IMG/VR virus record: IMGVR_UViG_2681812962_000001
Location: 1-64,000 of that record
Length of the DNA: 64,000 nt
Reading direction: 5' to 3' (one strand)
DNA from: a virus
Lineage: Duplodnaviria > Caudoviricetes
Shown here: positions 1-12,400 of the stretch, one piece after another
Position numbering within the stretch: the stretch's first letter is position 1
Layout: each line of letters opens with the position of its first letter
Program-made: the position numbers and the translations under genes
The notes under the pieces: model-generated
Told to the model about the DNA's origin: nothing
The model's input: only the letters and a program-made list of their open reading frames with translations
The model's database searches: none

Positions 1-948
1 TTATCCGACTAATGCTTTCCATGTCTGAGGGCCAATGATACCATCCGGAATAAGCTTCTTAGATTTTTGAAACTTAATAACCCCAGCTTTAGTGCCAGAA
101 CCGTAAACTCCATCAATTGATACATATACACCTCTCAGTACAAGAGCTGACTGTGCTAGGTGAGTCCACCATTTGGAATAACTGTGGACACTAAGTACTT
201 TTGTAGCTTTCTGAGTCTTAGGACCCCAGATACCATCAATATCTGTTCCACCATAATATTGAAGGATGCGCAATGCTGCGTTTAAAGACTTGGGCCCAGT
301 GTAGCCATCAACAATTAACTTAGTGAATTTAGCTTTTCTAGGGTAATTACGAGAGTTAAGGAATGCTTGCGCTTCACGAACATTAGCATTCCCTTTAGAA
401 CCACTAGTTGAAGACTTAGTTTCTTTTTTAACAGCTTCAGCCTTACCACCTTTAAGCGAGGCTAGCTCATTGGCAATTGCCTGCTTGACCTCATTCCAGC
501 GGCCTTCATCTAAGACACGATGAGGGCAGTATTTACCAGACCACTCTTGATGTTTCTTGACTCGATTAATACCCCAGCCTTTTTTGTGAAGTAGTTGAGC
601 TATAAATTTTATGGCAAGCTTTTCAGCTGCTTTATATCTTGCACCGCCGGATTTAGAGTAGCAAACTTCAACACCAATAGAAGTCCTATTACCCGAGTTA
701 ACACCGGATCCATCTCCACAGTGCCAAGCATTGCGATTCTCAGGTATTCCTTGAATCACTTGCTTATCATCAACTGCATAATGATAGGAGACTTCGTTAT
801 TGTTATTCTTCATATAATTGATTTCAGACTGAGCCGAAGCATCATTTGCTGTGTTGTGGAAAGTTATGTACTTAGCTGACATGGTATTAGGGCATTTAAT
901 ACTATATTTACTTTTAGATACGAAGTCTTTCTTAACTTTAATCCCCAT
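1..948 (-). CDS. Endolysin, N-acetylmuramoyl-L-alanine amidase (Amidase_2, XlyA/CwlA-like) with C-terminal peptidoglycan-binding domains
   Basis: ITFHNTANDASA, AWHCGDG, SIGVEVCYS, SGKYCPH motifs; C-terminal DGIWGPKT/DGIIGPQTW PG_binding_1 repeats. Confidence 0.93.
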   Translation of the reverse strand: MGIKVKKDFVSKSKYSIKCPNTMSAKYITFHNTANDASAQSEINYMKNNNNEVSYHYAVDDKQVIQGIPENRNAWHCGDGSGVNSGNRTSIGVEVCYSKSGGARYKAAEKLAIKFIAQLLHKKGWGINRVKKHQEWSGKYCPHRVLDEGRWNEVKQAIANELASLKGGKAEAVKKETKSSTSGSKGNANVREAQAFLNSRNYPRKAKFTKLIVDGYTGPKSLNAALRILQYYGGTDIDGIWGPKTQKATKVLSVHSYSKWWTHLAQSALVLRGVYVSIDGVYGSGTKAGVIKFQKSKKLIPDGIIGPQTWKALVG

Positions 949-976
949 TGATTTTATCGACTCCTTTAAGTTGTAT

Positions 977-1010
977 GAAAAAAAGAGACACAGTATAAGC
1001 CGTGTCTCAT
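977..1010 (-). terminator. Intrinsic terminator-like hairpin between holin and endolysin
   Basis: Minus strand GAGACACGG..CTGTGTCTC followed by T7. Confidence 0.6.
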
Positions 1011-1036
1011 AAAGTGATAGAAGATATGTAATTCTG

Positions 1037-1276
1037 TTACTCAGTTTTAGTTAACCCGTCTTTTTGAAGTGCTTCTTTTTGCATCTGCCCTTTAGCTGTA
1101 ACGTAGTTATTCTTAAACCATGCTATGCCAGCAGCAATTACAGTAAAAATTGTAGCTAATACTTCACCCCATACATCCTCAGTTCCAGGAATAGGGGTTA
1201 GACCATTGGCCATCAATAACTGGTTAGCCAAGGCTATGATCAATACGATAGAGCGGATAATTGTACCTTTGTCCAT
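1037..1276 (-). CDS. Phage holin, SPP1 family (BhlB/XhlB-like)
   Basis: MDKGTIIRSIVLIIALANQ..AWFKNNYVT signature; two TM segments; next to endolysin. Confidence 0.9.
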   Translation of the reverse strand: MDKGTIIRSIVLIIALANQLLMANGLTPIPGTEDVWGEVLATIFTVIAAGIAWFKNNYVTAKGQMQKEALQKDGLTKTE

Positions 1277-1337
1277 AAATAATTCCTCCTCAGAAATATG
1301 TATAAAAATAGAGGCCGAGGAGTCTCACCCCGACCTC

Positions 1338-1727
1338 TTACTTGCCAATCCATACTCCGAACAGCGCGAGAACAATACCTGAAATAACAGAAGTGGCAAT
1401 TGTAACGATTGTTTTCTTCCAGCTCTTTAGATCATCCTCGCTGTCATCTTCAAGATCTGTTGTTCTCTCATCCAACTGTCCGACCTCATCTTTTAAGTAA
1501 GTCATATCCTTCTTTATTTCAACCACATCTGTCCTTGTGGAATACATGATTTCATTAGATTTCTCCATTTGTACCTTCATATCTTTATTTAACTCTATCT
1601 GCATTTCTGAGAGCTGAGACAACTTATTGAGTATTTCTGTATTTTCTTCCTGTTTACTAATTCGCTTATCATGGTTCTTTACAATAATCTCTAACTGCGC
1701 CAAGCGCTCTGGTATCTCCATTGTCAT
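1338..1727 (-). CDS. Coiled-coil membrane-anchored lysis accessory protein (XhlA/BhlA-like)
   Basis: Coiled coil plus single C-terminal TM helix; upstream of holin. Confidence 0.6.
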   Translation of the reverse strand: MTMEIPERLAQLEIIVKNHDKRISKQEENTEILNKLSQLSEMQIELNKDMKVQMEKSNEIMYSTRTDVVEIKKDMTYLKDEVGQLDERTTDLEDDSEDDLKSWKKTIVTIATSVISGIVLALFGVWIGK

Positions 1728-1739
1728 AATTTATTCTCC

Positions 1740-2285
1740 TCAAGTCGTTGGTGGGGCAGTGTCACCGGATTCAGGTTGATCTGGTTGCTCTAGGACTGCT
1801 AGTCTTGCTTCTAGATTTGCTAATTTGGCCACTAGCTCATCTCTTTGTTCTTTTGTCCAGTGGATATCTGTATTAGAGATGTGATTATCGAAGTCAATTT
1901 TCGTAGCCTGCTTTGTATTGTCTACGTTTGATAAGCCAACTTGAGATTTTGTAACTCCATGAGGATTGTTAGTACTACCTGTATGTGCTTCAAATTCACT
2001 CTTAGAGGCTTGTTGCACATTGTCGACATTAGCAAGACCAACTTGAGCTTTGGTAGTGGCGTGAGGGTTATCCTTACTTTCTGCATGGTTAGTAATCGTG
2101 ATTTTATTATTGTCTGATTGAGTTTTCAGCGAGGTAAGGGAGGAGGAGAGGGTGGCTATATCGTTAATCATCTTGATGAAGTCATCTATATCCAGATGAA
2201 TTGTTTCTTCTTCATCGGATACTGCTCCAGTTCTGACCATAATCCAAGAATCCGTCTCGTCATCATGTATCTTGAGTACTGCCAT
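1740..2285 (-). CDS. Tail fibre-associated protein with NPHxxTKxQVGLxNVDN repeats (YomD-like)
   Basis: Two internal fibre-type repeats; position after tailspike. Confidence 0.6.
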   Translation of the reverse strand: MAVLKIHDDETDSWIMVRTGAVSDEEETIHLDIDDFIKMINDIATLSSSLTSLKTQSDNNKITITNHAESKDNPHATTKAQVGLANVDNVQQASKSEFEAHTGSTNNPHGVTKSQVGLSNVDNTKQATKIDFDNHISNTDIHWTKEQRDELVAKLANLEARLAVLEQPDQPESGDTAPPTT

Positions 2286-2367
2286 AAATTCACACTCCTT
2301 TTAATAAAATTAGAAAAGACCTTCTATATATCTCTATATAAAAGGTCAATTTTATTTAGATTTTCAT

Positions 2368-5028
2368 TTACATTTTCAAACATAAAGCAATTCCGTAACC
2401 ACGCGTAGCATTATAAGGGGAAGTAAGCTTCATAACTCTAATCTTAGTGGGTTCTGTAGACTTAACTCCGACACCGTTGTCAGCAGTTAGATAATCTCCA
2501 TATCCAATACCATCTGCTACTCGAATAAATAACTGTCCCTGCAATCCAACCACATTCCATTCAGGTCTATCCGAACGCGGAACATAATCCGCACTTTCAA
2601 CGTAGTTTGGATTAATAACAGGAGAGCTATAAACCTCACCAGACTCTGGATCTGTAATCTGCTCATAAATTACTCCGCCAAATTCATTGCGCTTATATCT
2701 ACCTTGCCAATGAAACTGTGAGCCTCCAAGGAGAATGGCTGCAGTTTCCGAAATTGCCCCGATTACTAATTCATCTTTTTGAGCAGGTCTTACTTTATCA
2801 GCATCAATTGTAACTAATGTACCAGAGGGAATTGATTTACCATCTTTGGATTCAAAGTACTCGGCAAAGTCACTGAAAGTAGACCCCCCGTTAAATTGAC
2901 CCGTAGAAGTAATATTTCCGTTCATAGAATCGATGTACCACTTGATGTTTGCTCTGCTTGGTTCTCCTGTTCCATATCCACCAGCAACTGAATAGTTGTC
3001 TTGATCTGTTAGCTTAACACCGTTAGAGGAGAGAATAGAACGAGAAGTAACGTCGCCTTTAATCTGTGAGTTGTTTGACGCAATAACTGCTGCACGACTA
3101 CCATGAGCTTGAGAACCACCAGAAGAGGCCATAACGACTGTCCTTGCACCACCAGTTGTTGCGCCACCAGTGGTTGCTATTACGGCAGAAGCTTCTCCGC
3201 CAGCGTTACCACTAGAGGAAGCAATTACAGCACTTTTACTATTGCCTGCAATGGAGTTTGAGGTACTAGCAATTACAGCTGAGGAATCTGTTACTGCTTG
3301 GCCAGAGGAGGTAGCAGCACGGAATCCGCCTGGCAAGATGTTCGGGAAGTAAGTATAGTCACTACCAGCTACACGAGCAGGTATCTTATAGCCGGATCCA
3401 CTTACACCTACAATGTGAGTGCGCGAGTTTGTGTACCAAATTCCGACTGAATCAGCCAAGTTTGATCCCTGAAGGTTGGCACCAATTAGCTTTACACTAT
3501 TAATCTTACTACCTACTCGAATACCGACTCTGGCAGAATCGAATAGGTTAACGTTGGACAAGGATACAAAGTCTGCTTTTTGAGCACCGCCTGTTACGTA
3601 AATATCGGAGCCAGCTGTTTTAAATCCACGAATGTTAATTCCGTTAACTGTAATGTTGCTGCTCTTATACTGGAAGGCGACCACAGGGATGTCTTTATAA
3701 TCGTGTGAAGGATCGCCAATAGCAGTGAAATTTGAAATGGACACGTTTCTATATGCAGAAATAACAAGAGCTCGGGGTGAAAGACCTGGATAAATGTCGT
3801 TCTGGTAAGGAGTAATGGAGGTACAGTTTGTTAGTGTCACGTTGAATGCTGTTGTAGAAACTGGGGCACTAGCTGTATGGAATCCAATGTGTCGCAAGTC
3901 AAAGGATCGACAGTCATTTTTAGAAACACAGCTAACCAGGTGGACGTTCTGTCCGGCAGGTGCTGTACTGTGTGCCTTAACTTCGTATCCACGACTACAG
4001 TTCTCACTTAAACAATTCAGGAACCAAACATGCTTGGATCCATCATCAGCCTCAAATCCGTTTGAGTTTCCACCAGCACCATTATGGTGAGCGTCACCGT
4101 TTGCATCGTAGGCACGACAGTTAGAGAGGAAAACGAAATCAGAGAAGTGAGTTGTGAAACCATCATCACCAAAGTTTGTAGAAGTACAGTTGTTGATCCA
4201 TACATATTTACAGCCATTTTGCTGATATACTTTTTCCGAATCAGTTGAGCTATTGTATTTTGGGGAAGTTACATCAAAACCATGTAGGTAAGGATTGAGG
4301 GAGTGAACGTTGTTAACATAGATGTATTGGCCATTTACGATGCGCAAGCCACAGCCTGTACCGTCACCGCTTTCTACCGTCGCTTCTCGAAGCCTGTTAC
4401 AATCCAGTGTCATATCTTCAATGTAGATATACATGTTAGGGGTAGTGTGACTCTTAAGTCTCAGCAGATCGGCATTACGCGGAGCAGAGTGATGCAACAT
4501 GATTTTTGTATGTGCACCTGCACCGTAGAATTTTACGTAAGATGGTATCTTTAAGTTTTGCACCATGTAGTTCCCACCAGGTACAAATACTTTAACTCGT
4601 CCTGTGCCTAATGCTTTTTCAAATGCTGCAGTATTATCCGTTGCTTCTTTAGTGAATTTAGCATCTGCATAATATTTTTTGGTGGCAGGATTGAAGTAGT
4701 TAGCATCTGCAACTGCTCCATATTCCTGAACATTAACTGATCGAGTATGAAACTCATTAATGATTTTTTCAACTAGTGTAATCCCACTAGTCTTAAATTG
4801 AGAGATGTCACCAATTTCACTTTCTAGAGCTCTCAGCGTGTTATCAACTTCTTGTAGCATGCCGGTCAAGCTAGTATTTACTGTTGTAATATCTTCAAAA
4901 ACTTTATCGATAATCTCTTGCAGCTCTTCAGGTGTAAAGCGATTGCCGTTTTCATCGAAGAATACGCTAGTGCCGATTACTTTCCAAACATGGGTAGCTC
5001 TGTCATATGTGCTAAAACGATGATCCAT
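2368..5028 (-). CDS. yomE: Tailspike/pre-neck appendage-like protein: pectate-lyase beta-helix plus C-terminal peptidase G2 autochaperone
   Basis: VNVQEYGAVAD..DNTAAF beta-helix start; FSDFAEYFES cleavage motif and RSDRPEWNVVGLQGQ of G2 chaperone. Confidence 0.85.
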   Translation of the reverse strand: MDHRFSTYDRATHVWKVIGTSVFFDENGNRFTPEELQEIIDKVFEDITTVNTSLTGMLQEVDNTLRALESEIGDISQFKTSGITLVEKIINEFHTRSVNVQEYGAVADANYFNPATKKYYADAKFTKEATDNTAAFEKALGTGRVKVFVPGGNYMVQNLKIPSYVKFYGAGAHTKIMLHHSAPRNADLLRLKSHTTPNMYIYIEDMTLDCNRLREATVESGDGTGCGLRIVNGQYIYVNNVHSLNPYLHGFDVTSPKYNSSTDSEKVYQQNGCKYVWINNCTSTNFGDDGFTTHFSDFVFLSNCRAYDANGDAHHNGAGGNSNGFEADDGSKHVWFLNCLSENCSRGYEVKAHSTAPAGQNVHLVSCVSKNDCRSFDLRHIGFHTASAPVSTTAFNVTLTNCTSITPYQNDIYPGLSPRALVISAYRNVSISNFTAIGDPSHDYKDIPVVAFQYKSSNITVNGINIRGFKTAGSDIYVTGGAQKADFVSLSNVNLFDSARVGIRVGSKINSVKLIGANLQGSNLADSVGIWYTNSRTHIVGVSGSGYKIPARVAGSDYTYFPNILPGGFRAATSSGQAVTDSSAVIASTSNSIAGNSKSAVIASSSGNAGGEASAVIATTGGATTGGARTVVMASSGGSQAHGSRAAVIASNNSQIKGDVTSRSILSSNGVKLTDQDNYSVAGGYGTGEPSRANIKWYIDSMNGNITSTGQFNGGSTFSDFAEYFESKDGKSIPSGTLVTIDADKVRPAQKDELVIGAISETAAILLGGSQFHWQGRYKRNEFGGVIYEQITDPESGEVYSSPVINPNYVESADYVPRSDRPEWNVVGLQGQLFIRVADGIGYGDYLTADNGVGVKSTEPTKIRVMKLTSPYNATRGYGIALCLKM

Positions 5029-5088
5029 AATTCACAACCTTTCATTTAACAAGAAAGAGGCACTACAAGGAGCGCCTCTAATTGCTTT

Positions 5089-5880
5089 TTAATTTATAGA
5101 TTCTAGCCAAATGAGTCGTTTATCTTCTGGGGGAGTAGAGGACTTTGTGATACGGGTAAGATATGGTTCTTTAACATCTTTTCGAATCCATACAAGGTTA
5201 ACATTCACAGGGGCAATAGGGGAGACAAAGACATCTAACTTATCAAACTGCACTACATCAAGAAAGACCCATTCAAATCCATCATAACGATATCTACGGC
5301 CAGTATCTATAGCTGTGACCACCCAGCCAATCTCAGGATTAGGGTAGGTAGTTACAATTTCTGAATAAGTGTTTACAGCTTGCTTATAGTCTTTTTTGGT
5401 TTCTCGTACCATTGTCTCAAAATCTGAAGTGAGTTCTTGAGCATATACAGCCATATCATGTGCTTTGTTAGCACCGACCTCTGCACGATCAGCTTGTTCT
5501 TCAGCTCTCGTAGTTAAAGTATCCAGGGTTTCAGTAACTTCGCCATTTTCTTCCTTAACCCAAATTCGAGAGGCAGGGAAGTAGTACGCCCCCGTACCCT
5601 TGTAATCAAAGGAAAAAGACTTATTCTCATTATCTTCATGAAAATAAACTACACCATTCACATAATCCACTCTAAAGTAGTCAGGCTCTAGTCTAATGCT
5701 TTGAACTTCTTTCCAAACACGATTATTACCTTTTACTACCACGCGTTCACGCTTACTTGGAATCTCAGTTAACTGGACTCTGCCACCACGTACAGAGTGA
5801 GTTTCACCAGTAATATCTATGTATTGAGTTCTTTTTCGTGCAATAATGGGATCTTGATATCTGTCTAGTGAGTTATCCAT
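5089..5880 (-). CDS. yomF: Baseplate/tail protein
   Basis: YQDPII, LTEIP, VDYVNGVVYFH resemble SPbeta YomF; synteny. Confidence 0.7.
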   Translation of the reverse strand: MDNSLDRYQDPIIARKRTQYIDITGETHSVRGGRVQLTEIPSKRERVVVKGNNRVWKEVQSIRLEPDYFRVDYVNGVVYFHEDNENKSFSFDYKGTGAYYFPASRIWVKEENGEVTETLDTLTTRAEEQADRAEVGANKAHDMAVYAQELTSDFETMVRETKKDYKQAVNTYSEIVTTYPNPEIGWVVTAIDTGRRYRYDGFEWVFLDVVQFDKLDVFVSPIAPVNVNLVWIRKDVKEPYLTRITKSSTPPEDKRLIWLESIN

Positions 5881-5909
5881 TAATTCACCTCATTTCCTCT
5901 AAGCGTTGC

Positions 5910-6155
5910 TTAAGCATCTTGAGTCTCTGTCGCGTTTAACCGGTCAATGAATTTTGTTCTAACTAAATCGGCCAAAGCAGATAGATTAGGATTCCCAAAA
6001 TATTCTTCTTTGCTAATCATAATCTGACCACTTGCGTATGCTTGCTGCAATGTGTCTGTGCTATTAAAACTAGTAGCGACTTCTTTTAAATCTAATCCAT
6101 CTTCTGTATAAACAAATGTTACGCCTGTTACTTTGATTTTAATTGGTGCCGTCAT
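5910..6155 (-). CDS. Small tail-associated hypothetical protein (start moved to ATG 6155)
   Basis: AGGAG 8 nt upstream of ATG at 6155. Confidence 0.6.
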   Translation of the reverse strand: MTAPIKIKVTGVTFVYTEDGLDLKEVATSFNSTDTLQQAYASGQIMISKEEYFGNPNLSALADLVRTKFIDRLNATETQDA

Positions 6156-6160
6156 ATAAA

Positions 6161-6373
6161 TCACTCCTGTGTGTTATTTTGAGGTTCTGCTACATCAGTG
6201 TTTTTTAATTGCTCTTCTAGTTGCGATATTCGATTGTTAGCTTGATTCAATTCTTGACGAAGTAAATCTCTTTCAGCATAAGTAATCTCAAGATCTACCG
6301 TTAAAACTCCAATTCTTTCACCTAGATTATTAGCTACTTTCTGTTCAAAAGTAATTGTATTTTGGTTTTGCAA
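6161..6373 (-). CDS. Small coiled-coil tail-associated protein (start moved to TTG 6373)
   Basis: GGAGG 8 nt upstream of TTG; the longer ORF-track start overlaps a terminator. Confidence 0.6.
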   Translation of the reverse strand: MQNQNTITFEQKVANNLGERIGVLTVDLEITYAERDLLRQELNQANNRISQLEEQLKNTDVAEPQNNTQE

Positions 6374-6426
6374 AAGTCTCACCTCCATAAAAAAGAGAGA
6401 AGCTATTAACTTCTCTCCATGCAAAT

Positions 6427-9400
6427 CTATAATTGAGCTAAATTTAGCCGGCTCTCTAATTTGTTATTTCTAGAGATTTCAGCATTGAGGGCAAGGGAAA
6501 GAGCTTCGTAATCCTGCAAAAGATTTTTCACTGCTTCTATTTGCTCCTGCTGTGATTTCCAAAGTATAGATACAATTGAATATGGGTCAACACCATCTTC
6601 ATCTCTCATTAACGGGTTAACCATCTCATTTATGAAACCAACCTTTGGCTTATCAAAAATTAGTTTGTCTAAGTTGCTTTGTAGATGATATGTCCAAACT
6701 TGTTGACTAGAGACTAATTCTGAAGCGTGGGTCTCGAATTTTTCTAAATTTGATTTGAATTTAATAGAGGATCCAGTAGGGAAGGAACCTGCTCTAACAG
6801 GTCGATAAGTCATGTTACCGCCATTGTATCCCTTACTATCTACGACACGAACTTCACCATCGCCCATCATATAGATGTTGCTTGAAGAAGATCGAATGTT
6901 TCCAATAAGGTCACGCGTTGCTGTAACATCTCTTGCTACTAGATCCCCTGTATTATAATCTCCGTTTCCGTTAGTGACCCACACTGTAGGATTGACTGAA
7001 GATTTCCCGAAGCGGAGAGAGGATCCAAAGTTAGTGAGAGGAGAGCCATACTGTAGGACTCCATCAGTGTCAGATGAACTACTATTTTGCTTGACTGTGA
7101 AAGAGAAATGGTTGTTACCAACACGGTTGTCATCTTTTGGTCTAAGGATTACACGGCCTGTACTTGCCATGATGATTGTATCTCTGGCTGCATCCATAAC
7201 AATATCTCTACTGTCTGTCTTCAAGCCAATTGTTCCTAAGTTAGAGTATAGTGTAAGCCCTCGTCGTTCGGTGTCGAACATATGAGAGAAAAACTCAACT
7301 ACGCCGGAACCAGTTCCTTCATCACCATCAGCACCAACAGCTGTGGTTGAAATACCGTTATTTGTGAAGTACAGGTTTCTTCTGCCTCGAGAATCATTGA
7401 CCTTTGTGATACGAACCATACCACCACCAACAGTAATTTCACTATCCAAGCTTTCGGTTTGACCGAACCAAGTACGAGAGTATTGACCACGTGTTGAAAG
7501 AAGTGCTCCGTCTATCTTGGCATACTCATTACCGCTACCGCCCTGAACTGTAATTCTTCCAGCATCTAGTGTTCCACTTGTAATGTACTTAGCATCAATT
7601 CCTTCAACGCTAAGGTGTTTAGCCTTAATAGCTCCATCTTCAATTTTCACAGCAGACATCTGTTTGGTTAGAGTAATATCGTCTAGCCATATGTTACCCG
7701 TAGTACCGTCATTACCAATTGAAATCTGCAGCAGAGAAACGCCCGTTGAAGGGACAGTGTATACACCCTCAATGAAAGTCCAGTTTGGTTTTACTCCTTG
7801 GTAGTTGTAAGCAGCCAGGAGTGCGCCGTTTTGATTTCCGAAGCGAAGTTTTGAGTTGTCTGCTTTGCCGTTCCAGTTAGAGTCGGTCTTAATCCAGAAG
7901 GAGTAATATATCTTATCTCCGCCTTGAACCGGAATGTCTCTCTTTAATCCTATCCCCACCTTACCAGGGGGTATTCTAAAGGACGAATTAGAAGATTTAT
8001 ATGTAGAGGTATCTACAATTGCATCTGCTCCCCATGGGCTGGTATTTTGATCACCTTTATTTTCCCAGCTTGCATAGTTGGCAAAGTCACCGATAAGCAA
8101 TCGATCCGTGCTAATTTTGATTTTCTCAGGAGTTAGTTTGATCGCAGATAAGACATTGTTCTTTTCAACCCTAAGATTAATCTGATTGGCTTGTTGTGTT
8201 ATGGAGGATTCTGCAGTTGAGAGGCGGTTTGTCACAGCATTTAGCTCTGATTGGGAAACTTTTAGCTTTATCTCACTAGCTTGTTGAGCTATAGAAGATT
8301 CAGCCTGAGAGATACGACGTTTTATATCTTCAGGCGAAGGTGAATAGTCCGTTGGCACATTACCTTTCTCAAGTTGGATATCAGAGACAAAGATTAAGCC
8401 GTATGAACTTGAGGACAAGTCACTCGCTACCCTGTCTCCCAATAGAATATAAGCAGAATCTGAAGATGTTCGAGCCGTGAATTTAATAACATATTCATAG
8501 ACATATAAGTCATAGTTTCCTAAAAATCTACCGTACACCTTATGTTCTGACACTCTTTTATTTGTGGAAATACCTTGGTTGCTAGCATCGTCATACATTA
8601 AGTAGGTGTAATTCATGGTATTTTCGGCATTAGGATGAACAGCAACAAGGAAGCTTAGTACATACTCTTGTCCAGCCACGACATTGAATCTATCCGGTGA
8701 TTGCACTCCAAATGTAGTACCTTGAGTTGCACCCCTTATAGATTCGATTCTCATAAATCTTTTAGTTTCTCCTGTTGTAAATGTAACTGATGAAGCTATG
8801 CCATCAGAATTGGTATTTGTACTCCATCGCTTCCATTTTCCGATATTTCCACCTATGCTGAAATCTGTGTCAACAAGCAAGTTCCTAGAACCTATTTTAA
8901 TCTGATTAATGGCTTCATTAATCCCTGTCGTTAACTGGGAGGAGCTAACCTTAGTGGCGATAGCATCGTTTGCAACTTTTAAACTTGCGTTAGTATCAGT
9001 CACAAACTTGCTATATGTACCTTGATCAACCTTATTAGCCACCTCAGTTTTTGTTGCGCGGAGCTCAATGTCGCTCTCAGTCTGTGAGATACGAGTCTCA
9101 GCTTGAGAAATGCGACCAGCATTTGATTCTGTCTTAGTGACCAGTTGCTCTATGCGATCCGCCTGAATTTTTAAAGATGCTTCAGATTGAGATACGCGTT
9201 CCTTAACAGGGGAAAGGGAGGAGTCAACATAGGCAGTTTGGTCAGAAGCACTAAGCCTCCAGTCACTTGCCTTATTGCCTTTTTCTAGTTGAAAGTTTGC
9301 TACATTTACGATAGCAGTACCAATGTTATATACGAACCCTTGCCAGTAATATCTCTGATTGTCATTAGGAGTCTTGAAAGTTATCCAAGACTTGCCAAAT

Positions 9401-12400
9401 GTTGTTCCAATAGTTGAGTTATGGCTAATAATTATTTCCTTGTGCTCACCAGAAGCCTTTGTGGAGCTAAGCCACATATGAAGCGGAGTCCCTTTATTGC
9501 CTGCTATAGCTTTGTCTGCTTTTGCGGTAATGCTATACGTATACGTTGTATTCGGCTCTAACTCAATCCAATTTACTGTTTTAAGTCCACCATTACCTAC
9601 AACCTTAATAGTATTAAAGCTTCTGTAAGTAGCAGCTTTATCTGTACTGAGCGTTGCTCCGTTTGACATAAAAGAAGCAAAACTGTCAACGAAATTTCCT
9701 GACCCATCCATTAGGTTGGTCGCGCCAAACTCAAGATTCTCATACTCGTCTCGCGTAACCCTCGCATTAATTGCATCAGACTGAACTGCAAGTTCTGAAG
9801 AATTTAGGTTAACTTTAGTAACTAAAGCATCAAATTCTCCTTTACCAGCTTTGCCGCCTAGTAAATTATCTGCCTGTGTGCGAGTATAAACATCTGAAGA
9901 ACTAGCTTTAAGCTTTATAGCCTCTGTGTTTTGTGTAATTAGGGTATTTGCATCAGAAATTTTTAGGTTAACTTCGTATAATTTACCCTCAACTTCAGAC
10001 TTAGTATAAGTGGTGGATTTATCAGCTTTAAAAGTGATATCGTTGGCTGTTTGTGTAATGGAGGTTTCTGCTTTGGTCATTCTATTATCGAGGTTAGAAA
10101 TATCTTTCCCAGTGTCTTCAGGTGCAGCCGACCAGGAACTCACTTTCGTTCCATCTTCCAACTGTATTTTTTTGGCTTCTGCATTGCCCGTATTACCTTC
10201 CACAATTATCTTTACATATGATTGTAATTGTTCATTGCCATCGCCCTTGACTCTAAAATAGCCGGAATATTGCACCCATCCGTCTGCAAGCGGTTTTTTA
10301 GACATGCTCGTTTCACTTAAGCGTAGCGCCCAGTTGTCTGTGCCTATTTTACCAACAACTATATTCTGAAAAGGTCTCATTGTTTCGTTCGCCTTAACTT
10401 GAAGGGAAAGTGTGTAATACTTATCCTCGGATAAATACTTGCCTGCATTTGGATGTACACTAGTGTAAGTTATTTGCAAGTAATTTGGATTAGGAGTTGC
10501 CCAAGTCAACAGCTTCTCAGAATCAAGAATATAGTTACGACCACCCAATTCTAGTTTATCAAATTCTGTTTTAGTGACACGCTGCTCAATAGCATTCGAA
10601 TTAGCAATCATATTAGACTCGGCAACTTCTAGTCTACCTGTAACTATGTCTAAGGTAGTCTTGTCAGCTTTCGCTTGAATAGCATCTTTATTAAGGAAAA
10701 TTTGAGTGCCTTGGCTTGCTACAGTGTCAGACAGATTGTTGAATTCTTCCTCACTTACCTGAAGGTTTATTTGATCGGCTAGAGTGTTAATTTGAGCAGT
10801 TTGGTTTGTGAATTTTCCGTTCAGCAAGTCAAAATCTGTTTGCTCGACCTTTGATTTTATAGCAGTACTAGTCTGTTCGATATTAGACTCTGCAGTTGCT
10901 AATCTACCTGTAACTGTGTTCAGCTCTTCTTGTCCAACTTTGGATGCAATAGCGTCATTCATTACAGTAAGAGAACTCTCAGTAGTCGCTAACCGATCTC
11001 CGAGATCGTCCATCTCAATCTTCTCGGCTTTCAGAGCAATAGCTTCTTTATTAAGTTTAATCTCAGCGTTTGCCGTACTAACACTGTCTTTAACATTTTC
11101 AAGGTCAGCTTCAGTTTCTGATACTTTCAATGAGATGCTGTCTGCTTTTTGATCAATCTCGGAAATCTTAGTGGAGTGGGAGAGAACAGTGTCATCTAAT
11201 TCGTTTAATACAGTTTCTTGATTACTTACTTTTTGATTGATACCATTTACAGTTAAATCAATGCTGGACATTTTTTCGTTGTAAGATGTAGCATCAACTT
11301 TATTTCCTAAAGCAGTGTCTACTTCATTTTTCTTATACACATCTGTAGCGTTAGCTTTAAGACCGATAGAAGTAGCCTGCTGCTGGATTAAAGTTTCCTG
11401 AGAAGAAACCTCTTCGCCAAGATTGTCGAAATCCAGCTGTTTAACTCTAGAAGCTATTTCTTGAGAGTTCAGTGAAATGTCTGCCCGAGCTTTGCTCATT
11501 TTGCCATCTAGATCCGTTAAAGTCTGTGCTTGTACAGCAAAGGAGCCCTTCACCTCGTCTAATTCAGTCGATATAGTTGATAGTTGGCCGCCATGCACAG
11601 CGATAGCATCTTTGTGGGCCTCTATTTCAGCCAGAGCATTGGTTACATCTTGTCTAACTGTAGAGATGTTTGCTTTAGCAGTTTCGACTTCTTGCAAGCT
11701 TGCTTGGAGATTTCTATTCAACTCAGCTAATTTACTGTCAACAGTTGAATCATCTGCTTTTCCAATTAACGATTCAAGTATAGCGTCATACTCTTGCTGA
11801 TACTTCTCAATGTCAACTTTCTTAAGCAAGTCATCACGAATTGTATTGTACTCTTCTTCATACTGGGTTAAGTCAACCTTAGCAATCAGCTCTCCATTGA
11901 CATATTCAAGGTCAGCTTTGTCTGCAATATCTTGAACCATTCCTGCTGCTTTCTCTTCTAAAGCTGTTGCTTTATCTTCTAGTTCTTTTTGAAGATTTTG
12001 CATTTCTTCTAGCTTTTTGCCTGTGTCAATTTGAAAATCTTCTAAGTTATCTCTGATGAGTGTGTCTTCGTCAGTAATAACTTGGAGTTCATCTTTGATC
12101 TTATCAATGTTATCCTTAACATTCTCTAGGTCATCTTTGATCTCTTCAGAAGCTACGTCATATTTTGAAATATATTTTTGCTGTTCAAAGTCATAAACCT
12201 CGAATCCACCTTCAGATGTAATCTTTACATTAGCCTCACCATCTACAGGAGGGTCTTCTTCGCTAAATTTAAAGTTAATATCATTTAGCTTACCTGCAAC
12301 ATTGCCTTTCATCTCAATAGATGCTTTAGGACGATAAGGTTCTTTATTACTTATCTTTTCAGATAGGATAATGCCATTTACATTAACGTCTGTATCCACA